A DNA stretch of 64,000 nt, from assembly GCF_009914755.1 (NCBI RefSeq), contig NC_060939.1, one strand, 5' to 3'. Numbering within the stretch: the stretch's first letter is position 1; the number at the start of each line of letters is the position of its first letter. Origin of the DNA: the human T2T-CHM13v2.0 reference genome, Homo sapiens. A program made the translations under genes and the position numbers. The notes under the pieces were generated by a model. The model was not told the DNA's origin and did no database searches. It worked only from the letters and a program-made list of their open reading frames with translations. This document shows positions 30,570-61,565 of this stretch, in pieces.

Positions 30570-31260
30570 TTGTTTAACCAATTGATTCCCTGAACATTTT
30601 TGCAGCTAAAGTTTGGTACAAATTTTTTTAGGTTAAATTACTAAAAGAATTATTGCTAGATCATAGGGCATGCTCATTTAAAGGTTTTTCTTACAAATTG
30701 CCCTCTAAAAAAACTACCAATTTATACTCCTATAAGTAGTCATTCTGTCCTTGCACTTCTCCCTTCGAAACTCAGTATTAGTATTTTATAAAGTCTCTAT
30801 TATTCTGAAAGGTAGAAATGATAGCTTGTTATCAATTTCCATTTCAATTACTAATAAAGTTGAACTTTTCGTCATTTATTAGACATTTGTATTTCAGTTT
30901 ATGTTCTCTGTCCCTCTCTCCAAAACACTAGCATGTGTACATGTGTTTCTTATTCATTCATATGACTTTTATACATTAAGGATAAATAACTTCATGTCAT
31001 ATATTTTGTAAGTATTTTTCCAGTTTGTATCTTTTATTTATGTTGTTTTTGCAGAAGTATCAAATTATATGGTCATACCTATCAATCTTTTGCTTTATAG
31101 ATATTGCCTTTGGTGCTATCCTTGATAAGGCCTTCCCCACTCTCAAATATTTAAATATTCAACAATATTTCTCCCACTAATTTTATGTTTTCTTTCTTCA
31201 GACCTTTATGTAGATTTTATTTTTATATATAACATAGGACAAGGATATAACTTGGTAAAA
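30570..31260 (-). mobile_element. Highly diverged L1ME-type fragment
   Basis: Degenerate antisense L1 3' ORF2 motifs. Confidence 0.55.
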
Positions 31261-31744
31261 CGAATGGGGAGACAAATTTTTACCTTATTTATTGCATGTC
31301 TTCTAAATATCAAAAACTGTGTTATATATGGTTTGTAGTAATAAACACAGCAGGGATGTTCTCATCCTTATGTAATTTACCAACTCAGAGAGACAACATA
31401 CTGTTTAAGTGCAAATTTGATAAATGCTATAAAGAAGTGCTAAGTTCTATGGTAGTGTATAGTATGTGGAATCTATCAACTGTTCAGGTACTTATTGAAC
31501 AGTTGATCTTTAAAAGGAGATGGTTTGGTGGAAGTGGAGGAGAATTCAATTAAAAAACAACAGGGCACAGTGGTGTACGTTTGTAATCCCAGCTACTCAG
31601 GAGGCTGAGGTGGAAGTACTGCTTAAACCCAGGAGTTAGAGACCAGCTTGGGCAGCATAGGGAGACCTCATTTTTTGGGGGGAGGGGGAATACCCAAAAA
31701 ACCCAACCATACACACACAAAACCAACCAAACAAAAAACAACAA

Positions 31745-32022
31745 TGAACATTTATTATTTCAGAGTATCCCTGGGTCAGAATCTGGGTGTGGCTTAGCTG
31801 GGTTCTCTGTTTCAGGATCTCTCGCAAAGATGCAAACAAAAGTCTTGCCCAGGGCTGCGATCGCATCTGCAGGAAGATTCACTTCCAAGTTTGCTTACAT
31901 GGTTGTTGGCAGAATGCAGCTCCTCATAGGCTGTTAAGCCAAGGCTTTCAGTTCTTTGGTAGGAATTCAGTTCCTCACAGGTTTTTTGGTGGCTGGAGAT
32001 CTCCTTTAGTTCCTTGGCATAT
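31745..32022. mobile_element. MLT1-family MaLR LTR fragment
   Basis: ggtcagaatctgggtgtggcttagctgggttctctg...gttggcagaatgcagctcct. Confidence 0.65.
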
Positions 32023-32627
32023 AGGTCAGAATAATTTATTTTTGTCCTAGGGTGGGTACTTAAGCTTTGATAAAACTGATTTATAATGTCTTTATGGAGT
32101 AAAAATTAGCACAGCATTCATGTTCTTAGCTCTATATTCAAGAATAAAATAAGTGTGTATATTCTGTGAATATTCTGGTTGGTATACATTTTTGGCCTGT
32201 ATGTAAATTAATATGTGGGTGACTTAAACATTCACAGAGAATTAATTATATATTGCAAAGGACAAACACATAATTCTGTTCAAGATAGGAATGTCAAGAA
32301 AACTTTAAGATGATTTTGTCTTTTAATCACATCATGGTTATAATTTCAAATGATTTTTCATTCCCTCCTTTCCTTCCCATCACACAGACTATACTGTAAA
32401 TATACTCTCTGAAGTTGCACAACGTGACAAGCTTAAGCTTAGCCACACAAGTATGTGCATATACAATTATTTTATTTTTTGATCTGATGCTGACAGTGCT
32501 GTGCGTTTTACCTGAACTCAGAAAATTTAATTTCTAAATTATAATATATGGTTAGATATTTACTAAAATCCTGAAACTAGAATTTTACTCCCAATCTTAG
32601 ACCTTGCAAATGGTAACTCTAGTTTAG

Positions 32628-32862
32628 TGTACACATTTTCAACATGGGCAATATTACTCCCCAAGAGGAAAAAATTGTTTTTTTGGGAGGGTATGAAAAA
32701 AAGTATGTTTTATATATAAAGCATAGATACACATACAGTCCATTAAAGCATATACAGTGTATCTATGGTGTTAAAATTTTACAGTGGGGTGCTGAATAGG
32801 AAAAACAGGTCTAAAAGGGTTCCATAAGGGGGCTGATAATGGAAATAAAAGTTGAGAAACAT
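32628..32862. mobile_element. hAT-Charlie-type DNA transposon remnant
   Basis: Degenerate terminal inverted repeats ...ttttcaac / gttgagaaac. Confidence 0.5.
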
Positions 32863-33375
32863 GGCCCTAGTGCTAAGCTTAACAGACAGCTGTTTGACGA
32901 ACCATCTGGCATTAGATTTTTTTCCTGCATGATTTCCTGTATTAGAATATAAGCTTCTTAAGGACAGAAAATGTAATCTGATTTGTATTTTCAATAATAG
33001 CTAACACAATAGTTACGTTCAACTGCATTCAGTATATGTATATTTAATTGAATTAATATGGAGTACATCTTCCCCTACTTGCACTCATCCTATTAGCTCT
33101 ATAAAATCTAAATGTAATGACCAAAATTAGTCTAGTAAAGCACAACCTATCACAATCTCCCTCACAAAAATCCTAGTAAAATAATGACAAATTTTATTCA
33201 AAGAATGGAAAATCTTCAAAGTAGCATAAGAGAAGGAGTACAGACTAGAGACAGAGAGATGAATCAGGGCTTTGATTTCCACCTCTTATCATTTGCAAGC
33301 CGAGGAGCCTTGAGCCAAGTTATGTAAAGAGAAAGTGAAAGAGGATAAAAAAGAATAAAAAAGGGACCTTTCTAG

Positions 33376-39812
<6,437 letters not shown>

Positions 39813-40138
39813 TAAAGAAATGGCTGCAGTTAAGAATCTTGGGTTCTACTTTTGGTTGTCACTATCTCTACCAGACGTCTAATGTGGCAGGTAACTTCAG
39901 TTTCTCTATACCTTATTATTATTATTAACACTTAGAACTGGTGTGATATGATCTCTCAATAATGCTGTAATACTTCATTGGTATCTATAGCAAAATTTGA
40001 AATACATAGATGTTTTTACAGAAATGCAAAGTACTCAGCTTATCAGTGTCTCTTTTTGTGCTTTGATAAAAATTTAATTTCTTTACCTCCTTCCTGGTAA
40101 AACACAGGAACACCTAAAACATTAAAAAACAAAAAACA

Positions 40139-44090
<3,952 letters not shown>

Positions 44091-45024
44091 ACCTAGACTA
44101 CCAGTATTGAGGTTAAATGCTTTACTTTGTAAATCCTGAGGTTAAGAAATATAATTATCGGTATTTTAAAACTTACAAAATGGACAAATTGGAAGAGGCT
44201 TTTTAACATTATAATGGAATTTTTCACTTTTCAAAATCAATTTCCAAAGGGAACCTATAGGTTGAACAGTAAGATTTATCAACAAATCAGGGGTTTTGAT
44301 TTTAAAAGGTTTTCAATCTGGCCAATTCTTCAGATTATCTCAAGAGGGAGCCTTCTTATGCCTCTTCTTCCTTCATAACACTTCTCTGGCTCGCATGTCC
44401 TGTTTGCAAAGATTTAAGCCCACTCTTAGGCATAAAATGCTCTTAACTGACATGACCCCTGACTAACTTGCCTAATATTTTGCCATGTACCCTCCATGCA
44501 CTTTAAGCTCCCCAAACTATTACTTACTTGACACCTTCTGCGCTTTTGCTTGTTCTCTGCGGCTAGACCATCTTCCCTACCTTCTCTGTTGAACTCCTAG
44601 CCATTCATCAACACTCAGCTCACATAGCACACTTTCAGATGAGATTCAAGCATTATCTCTCTGGCTACATTTGGCCCTTGTAGATATTTCTATTATTGCC
44701 TGTATTTTGTTGAAGCATTCATGTCTTTTATGTACTACATAGTACATAATATATCTACATTACAAAGCATTTTTATGATTCATGTTTTGGGGCATCCAGC
44801 GGTTAAAATAGGGCAAGGGTTATGTGGTCTTGGCCAGGTCCCTTTTCCTTTCTGAGCTTCAGGTTCCTCAGGTATAAAATGGGTACTATGGCTCCGTGAA
44901 GATGAGACAGAATATATGTAAAGCCCTTACACAGTGCTCAATTCATGAAAATCATCGCTGTTTACATTGTTTAGGGCCCTCAAGAGGCGCTCTTGTCAGC
45001 GGGGTGGAGGAAATGCCTCTTTAA

Positions 45025-45036
45025 AATGACGTCATT
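45025..45036. promoter_or_regulatory. Palindromic CRE (AATGACGTCATT)
   Basis: Consensus TGACGTCA at 45027-45034 at the edge of the CpG island. Confidence 0.6.
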
Positions 45037-45902
45037 ATAGGAGACTTAAAAACCACTGCACGTCTGTACAAGTGGACAGAATCACACAGCTACCTAAAGT
45101 GGGTTCACCTGTCATACAGTTTAGAGGTTCCACTTACAACAGGTTTCCATCAGTAGCCAAAGCAACAGAAATTTTAGCTTAACGGCTGAGGGCTTCCGGG
45201 ATTACCGCAGGGCGGGCGGGAAGCGCCTTTCCGCTCCGGAGGGAAGGCCGCGTCCCCAAGGGACTGCCTAAGTGGGCTGGATCCCTATGGCCTGCGGCAG
45301 ACACCACCACGTAGGCGGTCCAGGGGTCCCTCTCTCGGTGACTGGTGACCAGGAGGCCGCAATCTCTTCACATAAAAGGTCTACGGGTTTCCGCTCGGCC
45401 CTCACAGCGGCAGCGGATCGAACCAGGAAAGCAATTCCCGCTCGGCTCCCCTCGGGTCCCAGGCCCAGGAAGGCCGGGCCGTGGGGTCTCCCCGGGCTCC
45501 ACGCAGGGGCGGTGGGGCGGGGCGCAGTGACGCAAAGAGGAGTGACGCGACGACGCAGCGCGACGCGGTGACGCACGCCCCTTTGTTGGCTCAGTAGCGA
45601 TAGCAGCGGCCGTGGAGGTGGCGTTGGGGACTGTTTTCTCTCGGAGGCCGGAGCGGAGCCGCGTCTGACTGAGGCGGGCAGCAAGCGGCCCCCTCGCTCC
45701 CTCCCTCCCTCCTCCGCGCCCTCCCCGCCGCCACCAGCCGTCAAACGCCAACCGCCGCTCCTGGGGAGGAGCCGCGGCTCGCGGGGCCGGAGCCAGGCCT
45801 GCGTCCGGACATCAGCCGGAGCCGGAGCGAGAGCCGGGGCCTCGGCGTCCCCGCCCTCTCCCCGCCTCGGCCAGCGTCCGCCGGGCCCCCGCGCGTCGCG
45901 CC

Positions 45903-46277
45903 ATGGACTCGGACGAGGGCTACAACTACGAGTTCGACGAGGACGAGGAGTGCAGTGAGGAGGACAGCGGCGCCGAGGAGGAGGAGGACGAAGACGACGA
46001 CGAGCCGGACGATGATACCCTGGATCTGGGCGAGGTGGAGCTGGTGGAGCCCGGGCTGGGCGTCGGCGGGGAGCGGGACGGACTGCTGTGCGGGGAGACG
46101 GGCGGTGGCGGCGGCAGCGCTCTGGGGCCCGGCGGTGGCGGCGGCGGCGGCGGCGGCGGTGGTGGTGGCGGGCCGGGGCATGAGCAGGAGGAGGATTACC
46201 GCTACGAGGTGCTCACGGCCGAGCAGATTCTACAACACATGGTGGAATGTATCCGGGAGGTCAACGAGGTCATCCAG
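45903..46277 (+). CDS. ARIH1: ARIH1 coding exon 1 (aa 1-125: acidic tract, Gly-rich tract, start of the UBA-like region)
   Basis: [21 protein letters not shown]...[27 protein letters not shown]. Strong Kozak gccATGg; phase-0 donor CAG|gtgagg after 46277. Confidence 0.98.
46131..46172 (+). repeat. Coding GGC/GGT repeat encoding Gly14
   Basis: ggc ggt (ggc)7 (ggt)3 ggc ggg. Confidence 0.95.
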
Positions 46278-47624
46278 GTGAGGGTGGCCGCCGCGCCAGC
46301 TGGACCGGGCCCGACGGGGGAGCGGATTCAGGCGGCACGCGCGGTCCCGAGGGACAGGCCTGGGCCTGGTGCGCAGCCTAGCCCGGTGCCTCCCGGCCTT
46401 GTCTTCTCCGCTGCCTCTGCTGGGGATAGAGGGTGTCGAAAGCAGAGGTTCGCCGATTAGCCGGGTGTGGGGAGGTGCGCTGGGGGCGGTGCTTCCCAAG
46501 TCCTGCTATGGCGGAGGCCTTCGGTCGCCTAAGCCTTCTCTTGCGGGCAATTTCTGCCAGTCCCTGGGCCGGGTGTCCTTTCTCTGGCCGGGCGATCGCC
46601 TACTGGGGCGGGGCGGAGGAGGTGGGGTGGAGAAGAGGAGTCAGGAAGAATTGGGCCCTGACGGGACTTACCCCGGCCGTAGCCTCATTTGAGCACTTTT
46701 GGAAGGGATTAGAGTAGGCCTAAGAGCAGCTTGGTGTACAGTTGCCCCAAGTGGGCACCAGTTAATAAAGAAATGGATCTTGGCAGTCTCAAGTGCCTAC
46801 TTAAAGGTGGGGGAAGGGAAGTATTTCTCGGAAGAGGTGCTGATGGGCCTTCTTTTCAGATGGTGAGGCTTCTGCTTACATCTTTTTTATGTCTTTGCTG
46901 TTTGGGACCTAATTGCTACTTTTTCTAGTCGTAGCAGATGACTTGCTTGAAGCTGTTGGAATAGTTACTGCATATTGCATACCCTTCCTTGTAGCTAAAA
47001 CAACAACAAAACGCAGTGTTGTCTAATATTGGACAAGACTCTATTGTGAGTTAGAAAGCAGAGGTTTTCTGCTTGTGAACTCCTTTCTCTGATATTTTCT
47101 ATTTTGTGGTAAGTTAGGCTTGGTGTAAGTTGATAACCACATCTCATTTAACCATGTGCGTCAGATTTTGCATTTTTGAGCTTTAGAAACTCAAAAGTTT
47201 TCATTTGGGGAAAAAAAAAACCTCAGTTCTCCTGAGGAGTCAGGGATATGGCTGAAGAATAAAAATGAAGCTTGATTCAGTGCAATTTTTAGAAAACCTG
47301 GAAGGAAACATATATGAGCAGCAAGTTACTATTGCCTCTTTTATCAGTATTATTTCTTTTTTGTTTAACTTAAATTGGTTGGCTAAATATTCATTGACAA
47401 ATTAGAAGTATGTCACTGTCAACTCGTTGACTTTCTATTATTAACTGATTTTTATAGTATTATAAGTAACAGTTTTAAAAATTGAAGCATCTATTCAGGC
47501 ACTGTTTCAATACAGTGTTTTGCATAATAGAAAAATCTCTGATATCTAGTGCCATTACTAAATAGTGGAAGTCTTCATTTTTAATCTAGAGAACACAGTC
47601 TAAGAAGGAAGTTGAGGATTGTAG

Positions 47625-54425
<6,801 letters not shown>

Positions 54426-55274
54426 TGGGTAGCAGTCCTCAAGGCTTGACTGGGGAAGCTTCCCCTTCCGAGCTCACTCATTTGGCTGTGACCAGGCCAG
54501 ATTTTCACTGGCTGGTTGTTGCCCAGAGATATCAGTTCCTTGCCATGTGGGCCTCTCCATAAAGTGGCTGACAACACAGTAGCTTGTTTCCTCCAGAGTG
54601 AGGGATCTTAGAGAAAAGGCCCATACGATGGAAGCCACAAAGTTTTTATAACTTAATTTCAGAAGTAACGTCGCATCACTTTGCAATATTCTATTTGTTG
54701 TAAGTGAATAACCAAATCCAGCCCATACTCAATCGGAGGGGATTATACAAAGATGTGAAGACCAGGAGGCAGGGGTCTTTGGGGGCTATCTTAGAGGCCG
54801 GCTGTTTGTCTCTGTCTCTCTCTGTTAAGAGGTAAATTACAGCTATTGTATAATGCCTTTCTATCCAATCTTTTTGTATGCTATTGGGAGAACATAGTGT
54901 TTTGGATTTTTTATTTTGGATTAACCGTAAATTAATTACTTTTGGCTTTGCAAAACATTATACCTGTAAATGATAAACATTCCTAATAACCTTTCAGTGG
55001 CTTAAGTTTAAAATAGCTTGTAGTCTCAGAATTGGTAGGAATTTGAGAATCTCCAGTTTACTGATTTTTTTTTTTTTTTAACTCTAGCTACGTAATGGAA
55101 TCACCTGGGGATTTTTTTCATTACTGTTTTTAAAATAGAAAATTGTAGATTCACAGCCGGGCATGGTGGCTCACGCCTGTAATCCCAGCACTTTGGGAGG
55201 CCGAGGCAGGCGGATCACCTGAAGTCAGGAGTTCGAGACCAGCCTGGCCAAATGGCGAAACCCCGTCTCTACTA

Positions 55275-55478
<204 letters not shown>

Positions 55479-55531
55479 TCACATGCAGTTACAAGAAATA
55501 ATGCAAAAATCCCACATATTCTTTTTTCCAA

Positions 55532-56410
55532 AAAATTTTATTTCCCTAGGTTATTGGGGAAGAGGTGGTATTTGGTTACATAAGTAAATTCTTTAGTGGT
55601 GATTTGTGAGATTTTGGTGCACCCATCATCTGAGCAATATACACTGAACCCAGTTTGTAGTGTTTTATCTCTCACCCCCTTCTCACCTTTTTCCCCCGAG
55701 TCCCCAGAGTTCATTATATCAATCTTAGGCTTTTGCATGCTGATAGCTTAGCTCCCACTTATGAGTGAGAACATATAATGTTTGGTTTTCTGTTCTTGAT
55801 TTACTTCTCTTAGAATAATAAGTCTCCAATCCCATCCAGGTTGATGCAAATGCCATTAACTCATTACCTTTTATGGCTGAGTAGTATTCCATCATATATA
55901 TATATATATGTGTATATATATATGTGTGTGTATACATATATATACGTATATGTATGCGTGTGTATACGTATATACGTATATGTATGTGTGTGTATATATG
56001 TATATATATATGTGTGCATACATATATATGTGTATATATATACATATATATACACACACACACACACCACAGTTTCTTTATCCACTTGTTGATTGATGGG
56101 CATTTGGGCTGGTTCCCCATTTTTGCAGTTGCGAATTGTACTGCTACAAATGGCGTGTGCAAGTATCTTTTTCGTATAATGACTTTTCCTCTGGGTGGAT
56201 ACCCAGTAGTGTGATTGCTGAATCAAATAGTAGTTCTACTTTTAGTTCTTTAAGGAATCTCCACACTGTTTTCTATAGTGGTTGTACTAGTTTACATTCC
56301 CACCAGCAGCGTAGAAGTGTTCCCTTCTCACCACATCCATGACAACATCTATTATTTTTTAATTTTTTGATTATAGCCATTCTTGGCGTGACTAAAGTTG
56401 TATAGCATTG
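55532..56410 (-). mobile_element. L1PB/L1MA 3' fragment containing a (TA/TG/CA)n expansion at 55893-56066
   Basis: L1 3' UTR motifs. Flanked by the duplication aatcccacata at ~55508 and ~56411. Confidence 0.88.
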
Positions 56411-57424
56411 AATCCCACATACTCTACCGATTTTTTCTACAGTGGTAACATCTTATAAAAACAGTATCTTGCAAAACATCTTGCACAGTATCACCATGAG
56501 GGTAATGACATTGATGTGATCTTACTCAGATTTTCTTACCTGGGGATTTTAAAAAATACAGGCAGGCAGGCCCTACCCCATACCAAGTAAGTGGGTCTCT
56601 GGGGGGTTTGGACCAGGCATTGCCGTTAAACAAGAATCTTTCCTGGATTATTTTAATGCACATCCAGGATCGAGAGCTCCTGCTTTTGTAAGAAATCTTT
56701 CTAAAACACTGCCGTCTCTGCTTAACTACAAATAAATAACAGTGAGCTATTTTTGTGATGCATCTCAATACAGTGTTTGCCTATTGATTTTTTTTTTTAA
56801 TGGAAAGAAAATCTACTTCCGTATTAGCTTTCACTCATTGTTCTTAGTACCTGTAGCACCCTGAATGGTTTTGTTTTTTATATAACTATCATTTTGGAAT
56901 CCTGAAGGAAAAATTTTTCTTCCTGAGGTTAATCAACCCCCCTTTCCTCAGTCATTCCTGCCTTCTAGGTAATTGCTGTCTTTCTTATAATAGGCATAGT
57001 ATCATAGGCCATAACTTTGCTAAATTATTGACTGTATATACACAACTCATCGTTTGATCTTGACACTATATTACTATGTAACTTTGTATAAATAGCTTAA
57101 TTATTTTCATTAAATGATGGGATAAATAGAAGAATGAGAATTTATTTAGGTTGACATTATTGGATGAGATAGTAATCAGGCTGTTTCTAACCTGGAGTGA
57201 CTGGATCCTTTGGGGCCCATGGAGATAGTAGTGGTGGTCCTTGCATTATTTTCAGTGTTTTAAAAAGCCTCATGTATATTTTTTTAAAAAGCTGTCAAGC
57301 CACTTTTATAAAGTCAGTAGATTTCTATAATCACTTATGATTTAAGTTTCTTTCTAAATTTTTAATTTTTTTTTCCCTAAATTGTCATTCACCTAGTGAT
57401 AGGAGGTCATCTGGCTTGACCATA

Positions 57425-57779
57425 CAATGGTTTCCCCTTATCTACAGTTTCAGTTTCCAAGGTTTCAGTTACCTGAGGTGTGCAGCAGTCTGAAAATATT
57501 AAATAGAAAATTTCAGAAAAAAACAATTTGTAAGTTTTAAATTGTACACCATTCTGAGTAGTGTGATGAAATCTCTCACCATCCCACCCAGGACGTGAAT
57601 CATCCCTTTATCCAGTATATAGCAGTATATAGACTACCTACCTGCTACTGGCCTCGGCTGGTCACTTCACTGTTACCAGATTGAAAAAACATAGCATGTA
57701 TAAGTTCGGTATTACCTACACTTTCAAGCTTCCACTGAGGGTCTTGGGACATGTTCCCTGAGGATGAAGGGGACTGCTG
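57425..57779. mobile_element. MER44A-like Tigger DNA transposon
   Basis: TA-flanked; terminal repeats caatggtttccccttatc / gatgaaggggactgctg. Confidence 0.8.
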
Positions 57780-57890
57780 TAATGTCTCATTTGATACAGC
57801 TTGGGGTATAGTTGATGCCCAGTTAGTGTTTAAGTGATGGATAGTATGCTATCTCAGAAGGTGGCTTAAAAAATTCTTAATGCTCTCTAA

Positions 57891-58193
<303 letters not shown>

Positions 58194-60552
58194 TGATCCG
58201 CCCTCCTCAGCCTCCCAAAGTGCTGAGATACAGGCATGAACCACTGTGCCCAGCCTGACAATTTTGGTTTTAAGGCCAAAAGTTTGAAGATTTAAATGAA
58301 AAATGCCAAATATTCAGGAATTTTCTCCTATTATTATTATTATTTTTTTTTGTATGTAAATATTGTTGTGTAGTATTGTTCTTTCCTTTTTTGCTCTGTT
58401 CCATTTAAAAGTGTCAGAAGTGCCCTGACAATACATTTTGGCAAAAAACAGAGCAGGTAATGAAGTATTAGGTAACATTTTCTTGTTACTGAGACATTTG
58501 CTTAGACAATGCTAAGAATAGCTATCATCCTAGACACTTCTCCCCAGGCTTGCTTTGCCATTGCCTTTGAAACTGTCATACTTATAACTCAGATATTAAC
58601 TGGCTCTAATTACCTGGTAATATGTCCTCTCTCCTAATCACAATTGTACAGTGTTTTTAGGGATAAAGTGTAAACTAGAAACCGAGAAGTATTACCTGAT
58701 TCTTAGCAAGTATTTATAAGTGAAAGCCTCTAATGTGGACATTTATCTTGGAATTTGTGACATTTGGACAGATATTTATCTGAAACTTACTTGAAACTCA
58801 AATTTAATACCTTCTCTCTTTGAGGCTTTTCCCCCTTTTATTGGCTTATCTGAGAACCATTCTTGGGATTTGAGTCATCCTTTTTTTTTTCCTTCATTTT
58901 CCACATCCAGTTATCCCTGATCAAGTTACCTCTGAAATTTGTTTCATGTTGTTGCTATCCTTTTTACTAACTAATCCTAGTTTAGGACCTTTTTATTTTG
59001 CCTCCTTGTCTCTGGGCTTCCAGTGTATCATTCTGTTACCAAACACAAATTTAATAGTCATCCTCCTGCTAAAAAGAGACTTTCTGTCAAAAGTCTATCC
59101 CAGACTCCTTACTATGGCATTCATGGCTTCCCCATCTTAACATAGCTAATTTTTTTCAATCTCATCTGCAGTTGTTCCTCATCCCTTATCACCCCCAGTT
59201 GCACTGTTTGTAATTCTTTACTGTGTAACACATATTTGTGTTTTCATGCTTTTGTTCATACTTGTCCCTCTTCTTTTGATACCTTTTCTTTTCTTTCTGT
59301 CTCTCTTTTTTCTTGAGACAGGGTTTTTGCTCTGTTGCTCAGGCTGGAGTGCAGTGGCACGATCACGGCTCACTACAGCCTTGAACTCCTGGGCTCAAGC
59401 GATCCTCCCACCTCAGCCTCCTGAGTAGCTGGGACTACAGTTGCATGCCACTACACCTGGCTAATTTTTTGTATTATTATTTTTATTTATTTATTTTTTG
59501 TTTGTTTGTTTTGTTTTTGGTAGAGACAATTTTTTGCCATGTTGCCTAGACTGGTCTCGACCTCCTGGACTCAAACGATCTTCCCACCTCAGCCTCCCAA
59601 AGTGTTGGGATTACAGGCATGAGCCACCGTGCCCAGCTCTCTTTCTCTTCTTAACTGCCTGATATATTCCTATTGAGAATCTGCCAGGCTGGCTGCGGTG
59701 GCTCATCTCCTTTCAGGTTCTTCTCTACCTTTCCTGTGCTTCCTTATCTATGTTTGAATAGTGCTTCATATGGATATTTGGTATAGCCTATAAGAGGTTA
59801 TGATATAGCTATCCCTATATCCAAGCCTCTAGCTATATATGAGGGTTTTGAAGGTGAGAACTAAAACTCCTTCATCTTTGTGTTCATAGCAGAGTTTCTT
59901 CTCTGACAGAAGAAACTCAGTAAATATTTGTTGAAGTTTGTCCTTGCCTAGTAAATGCTTGCTTTCTCAGTTTCCTTGTGGTAAACCAAAGGGATCCAGA
60001 CAAGATTTTCTTCTGGCACTAACAAATTATTTTATGATTTCTAGATAATGCCAAAGTGGTAGTGTAAGAAGATGGCAAGGAAGAAATGTTTGAATTCCAA
60101 GAGGACAAGCTTCTTAAGGTCCCTGAATATTCAACCTTTTAGGTGAAGCTTTATTATTTGCGTATAGTTCCCTGGCGCTGGGTGTGAACTGACACAGTGA
60201 TGATGTTAAAGACAGTGGAATCACCCAGGTGCAGTGGCTCACGCCTGCAATCCCACAACTTTGGGAGGTTGAGGCCAGAGGATTACTTGAGTCCAGGAGT
60301 TTGAGACCAGCCTGGGCTACATAGACTTTTTCTCTACAAAAAAAATAAATAAAATTAGCTGGGCTTGGTGGCATGTGCCTGTAGTCAGTTACTTGGGAGG
60401 CTGAAGTGGGAGAAGAGGATTGCTGAGCTCAGGAGGTCAATCAAGGCTGTAGTAAGCCGAGATTGTGCTACTGCACTCCAGCCTAGGCAACAGGGTGAGA
60501 CCATGTCTCAAAAAAAAAAAAAAAAAAAAAAAGACAGTTGAATCAGTTTAAT

Positions 60553-60955
60553 ACAGTACTTCTCAAAGTATGGTCCATAAGAACAAAACTATTTAATAAT
60601 AACAGAAAGACACTATTTGCCTCTTAAAATGTTCTGGCATTTGTGCTGATGTTGCAGGGCAATGAGGAGGTAAAACCACTGGCACCTTAGTACAGAAGGT
60701 ATCAGTGGCACCAAAGTATGCTAGTAGTCATTGTGTTCTTCACTATCACACACTCAGAGTAAAAAAATACGTTTCACTTAATCCTAAATGAAGAAGTAAA
60801 AATTACTAGTTTTCTAAGTCTTTATTCCTTAAGGACACATCTTAATTGCTTGTGTGACAAAATGGGAGGTATGCCTAAAGCACTTCTGCATACTGAAGTA
60901 TGGTGGTCGTCCCAAAATGAAAACATTTGTGTGTGCTTTTGACTTGTGAGCTTGT
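60553..60955. mobile_element. Charlie1-type hAT remnant
   Basis: cagtacttctcaaagtatggtcc start; taaagcacttctgcatactgaagtatgg core. Confidence 0.65.
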
Positions 60956-61565
60956 TTCTGTTTCTGGACCTACCCTGGGCAGGTTTCCACAGTTGAGAAT
61001 CTTAGCGTATTGCTGTTACCTCAAATTTCCACACACTACCAGTTTGTCTTTTGAAATGTTATTTTTATAAGATGTCAACCCTGGTATGGTTCACTTTTGT
61101 TATATGTTGGCACCTCTGTGGGTTACGGAAAGCTTTGCCCTCCAAAGCAACCAGTTGGTTTTTAGGAAAGGGAAATATTGATCTTTGTGGATAAGTAGAG
61201 TCTTGTTAAAAGCTATTAAAAGGCTCTCTTTGGAAAAAAATCAGAAAAATCAAAAGAACTGTGAAAAGGATGATAATAATGGAAAAGAGGCCTTTGTAGC
61301 CTTGTGAATGTAATACGTATAGTCACCACAGATTTTTCAGGGAGGCCAGTCACGGTGGTTCAAGCGTGTAATCCCAGCACTTTGGGAGGCTGAGGCAGGA
61401 GGATTGATAGAACCAAGGAGTTTGAGACCAGCCTGGGCAACATAGTGAGACCCCATCTCTAGCAAAAAAAATGTTTTTCAGGGAATGCTGAAATGTCTCC
61501 TTCTCAAAAAAAAAAAAAAAGTCTCCTTCTCTTACAAGTTAGTCACCTTACTCAGTTTATTACAG

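Larger units (their letters stand above)
45180..46700. promoter_or_regulatory. CpG island / TATA-less ARIH1 promoter, probably bidirectional
   Basis: Sharp rise in GC and CpG content. GC box GGGGCGGGGC at 45514-45523; GTGACGC at 45527, 45542 and 45568. Confidence 0.93.

Noticed and set aside
45095-45215. Minus-strand donor-like motifs for a divergent lncRNA first exon
   Set aside because: Several weak candidates; I cannot choose among them without transcript data.
46278-46460. C-terminal 60 aa of the 185-aa ORF 45903..46460
   Set aside because: Read-through past the CAG|gtgagg donor into intron 1; not ARIH1 protein.
45268-46717. Many overlapping ORFs on both strands of the CpG island
   Set aside because: Expected from stop-codon scarcity in GC-rich DNA; no recognisable domains.
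55725-56226. Tyr/Ile/His/Val/Cys-rich ORFs
   Set aside because: Translations of a (TA/TG/CA)n microsatellite inside an L1 fragment.
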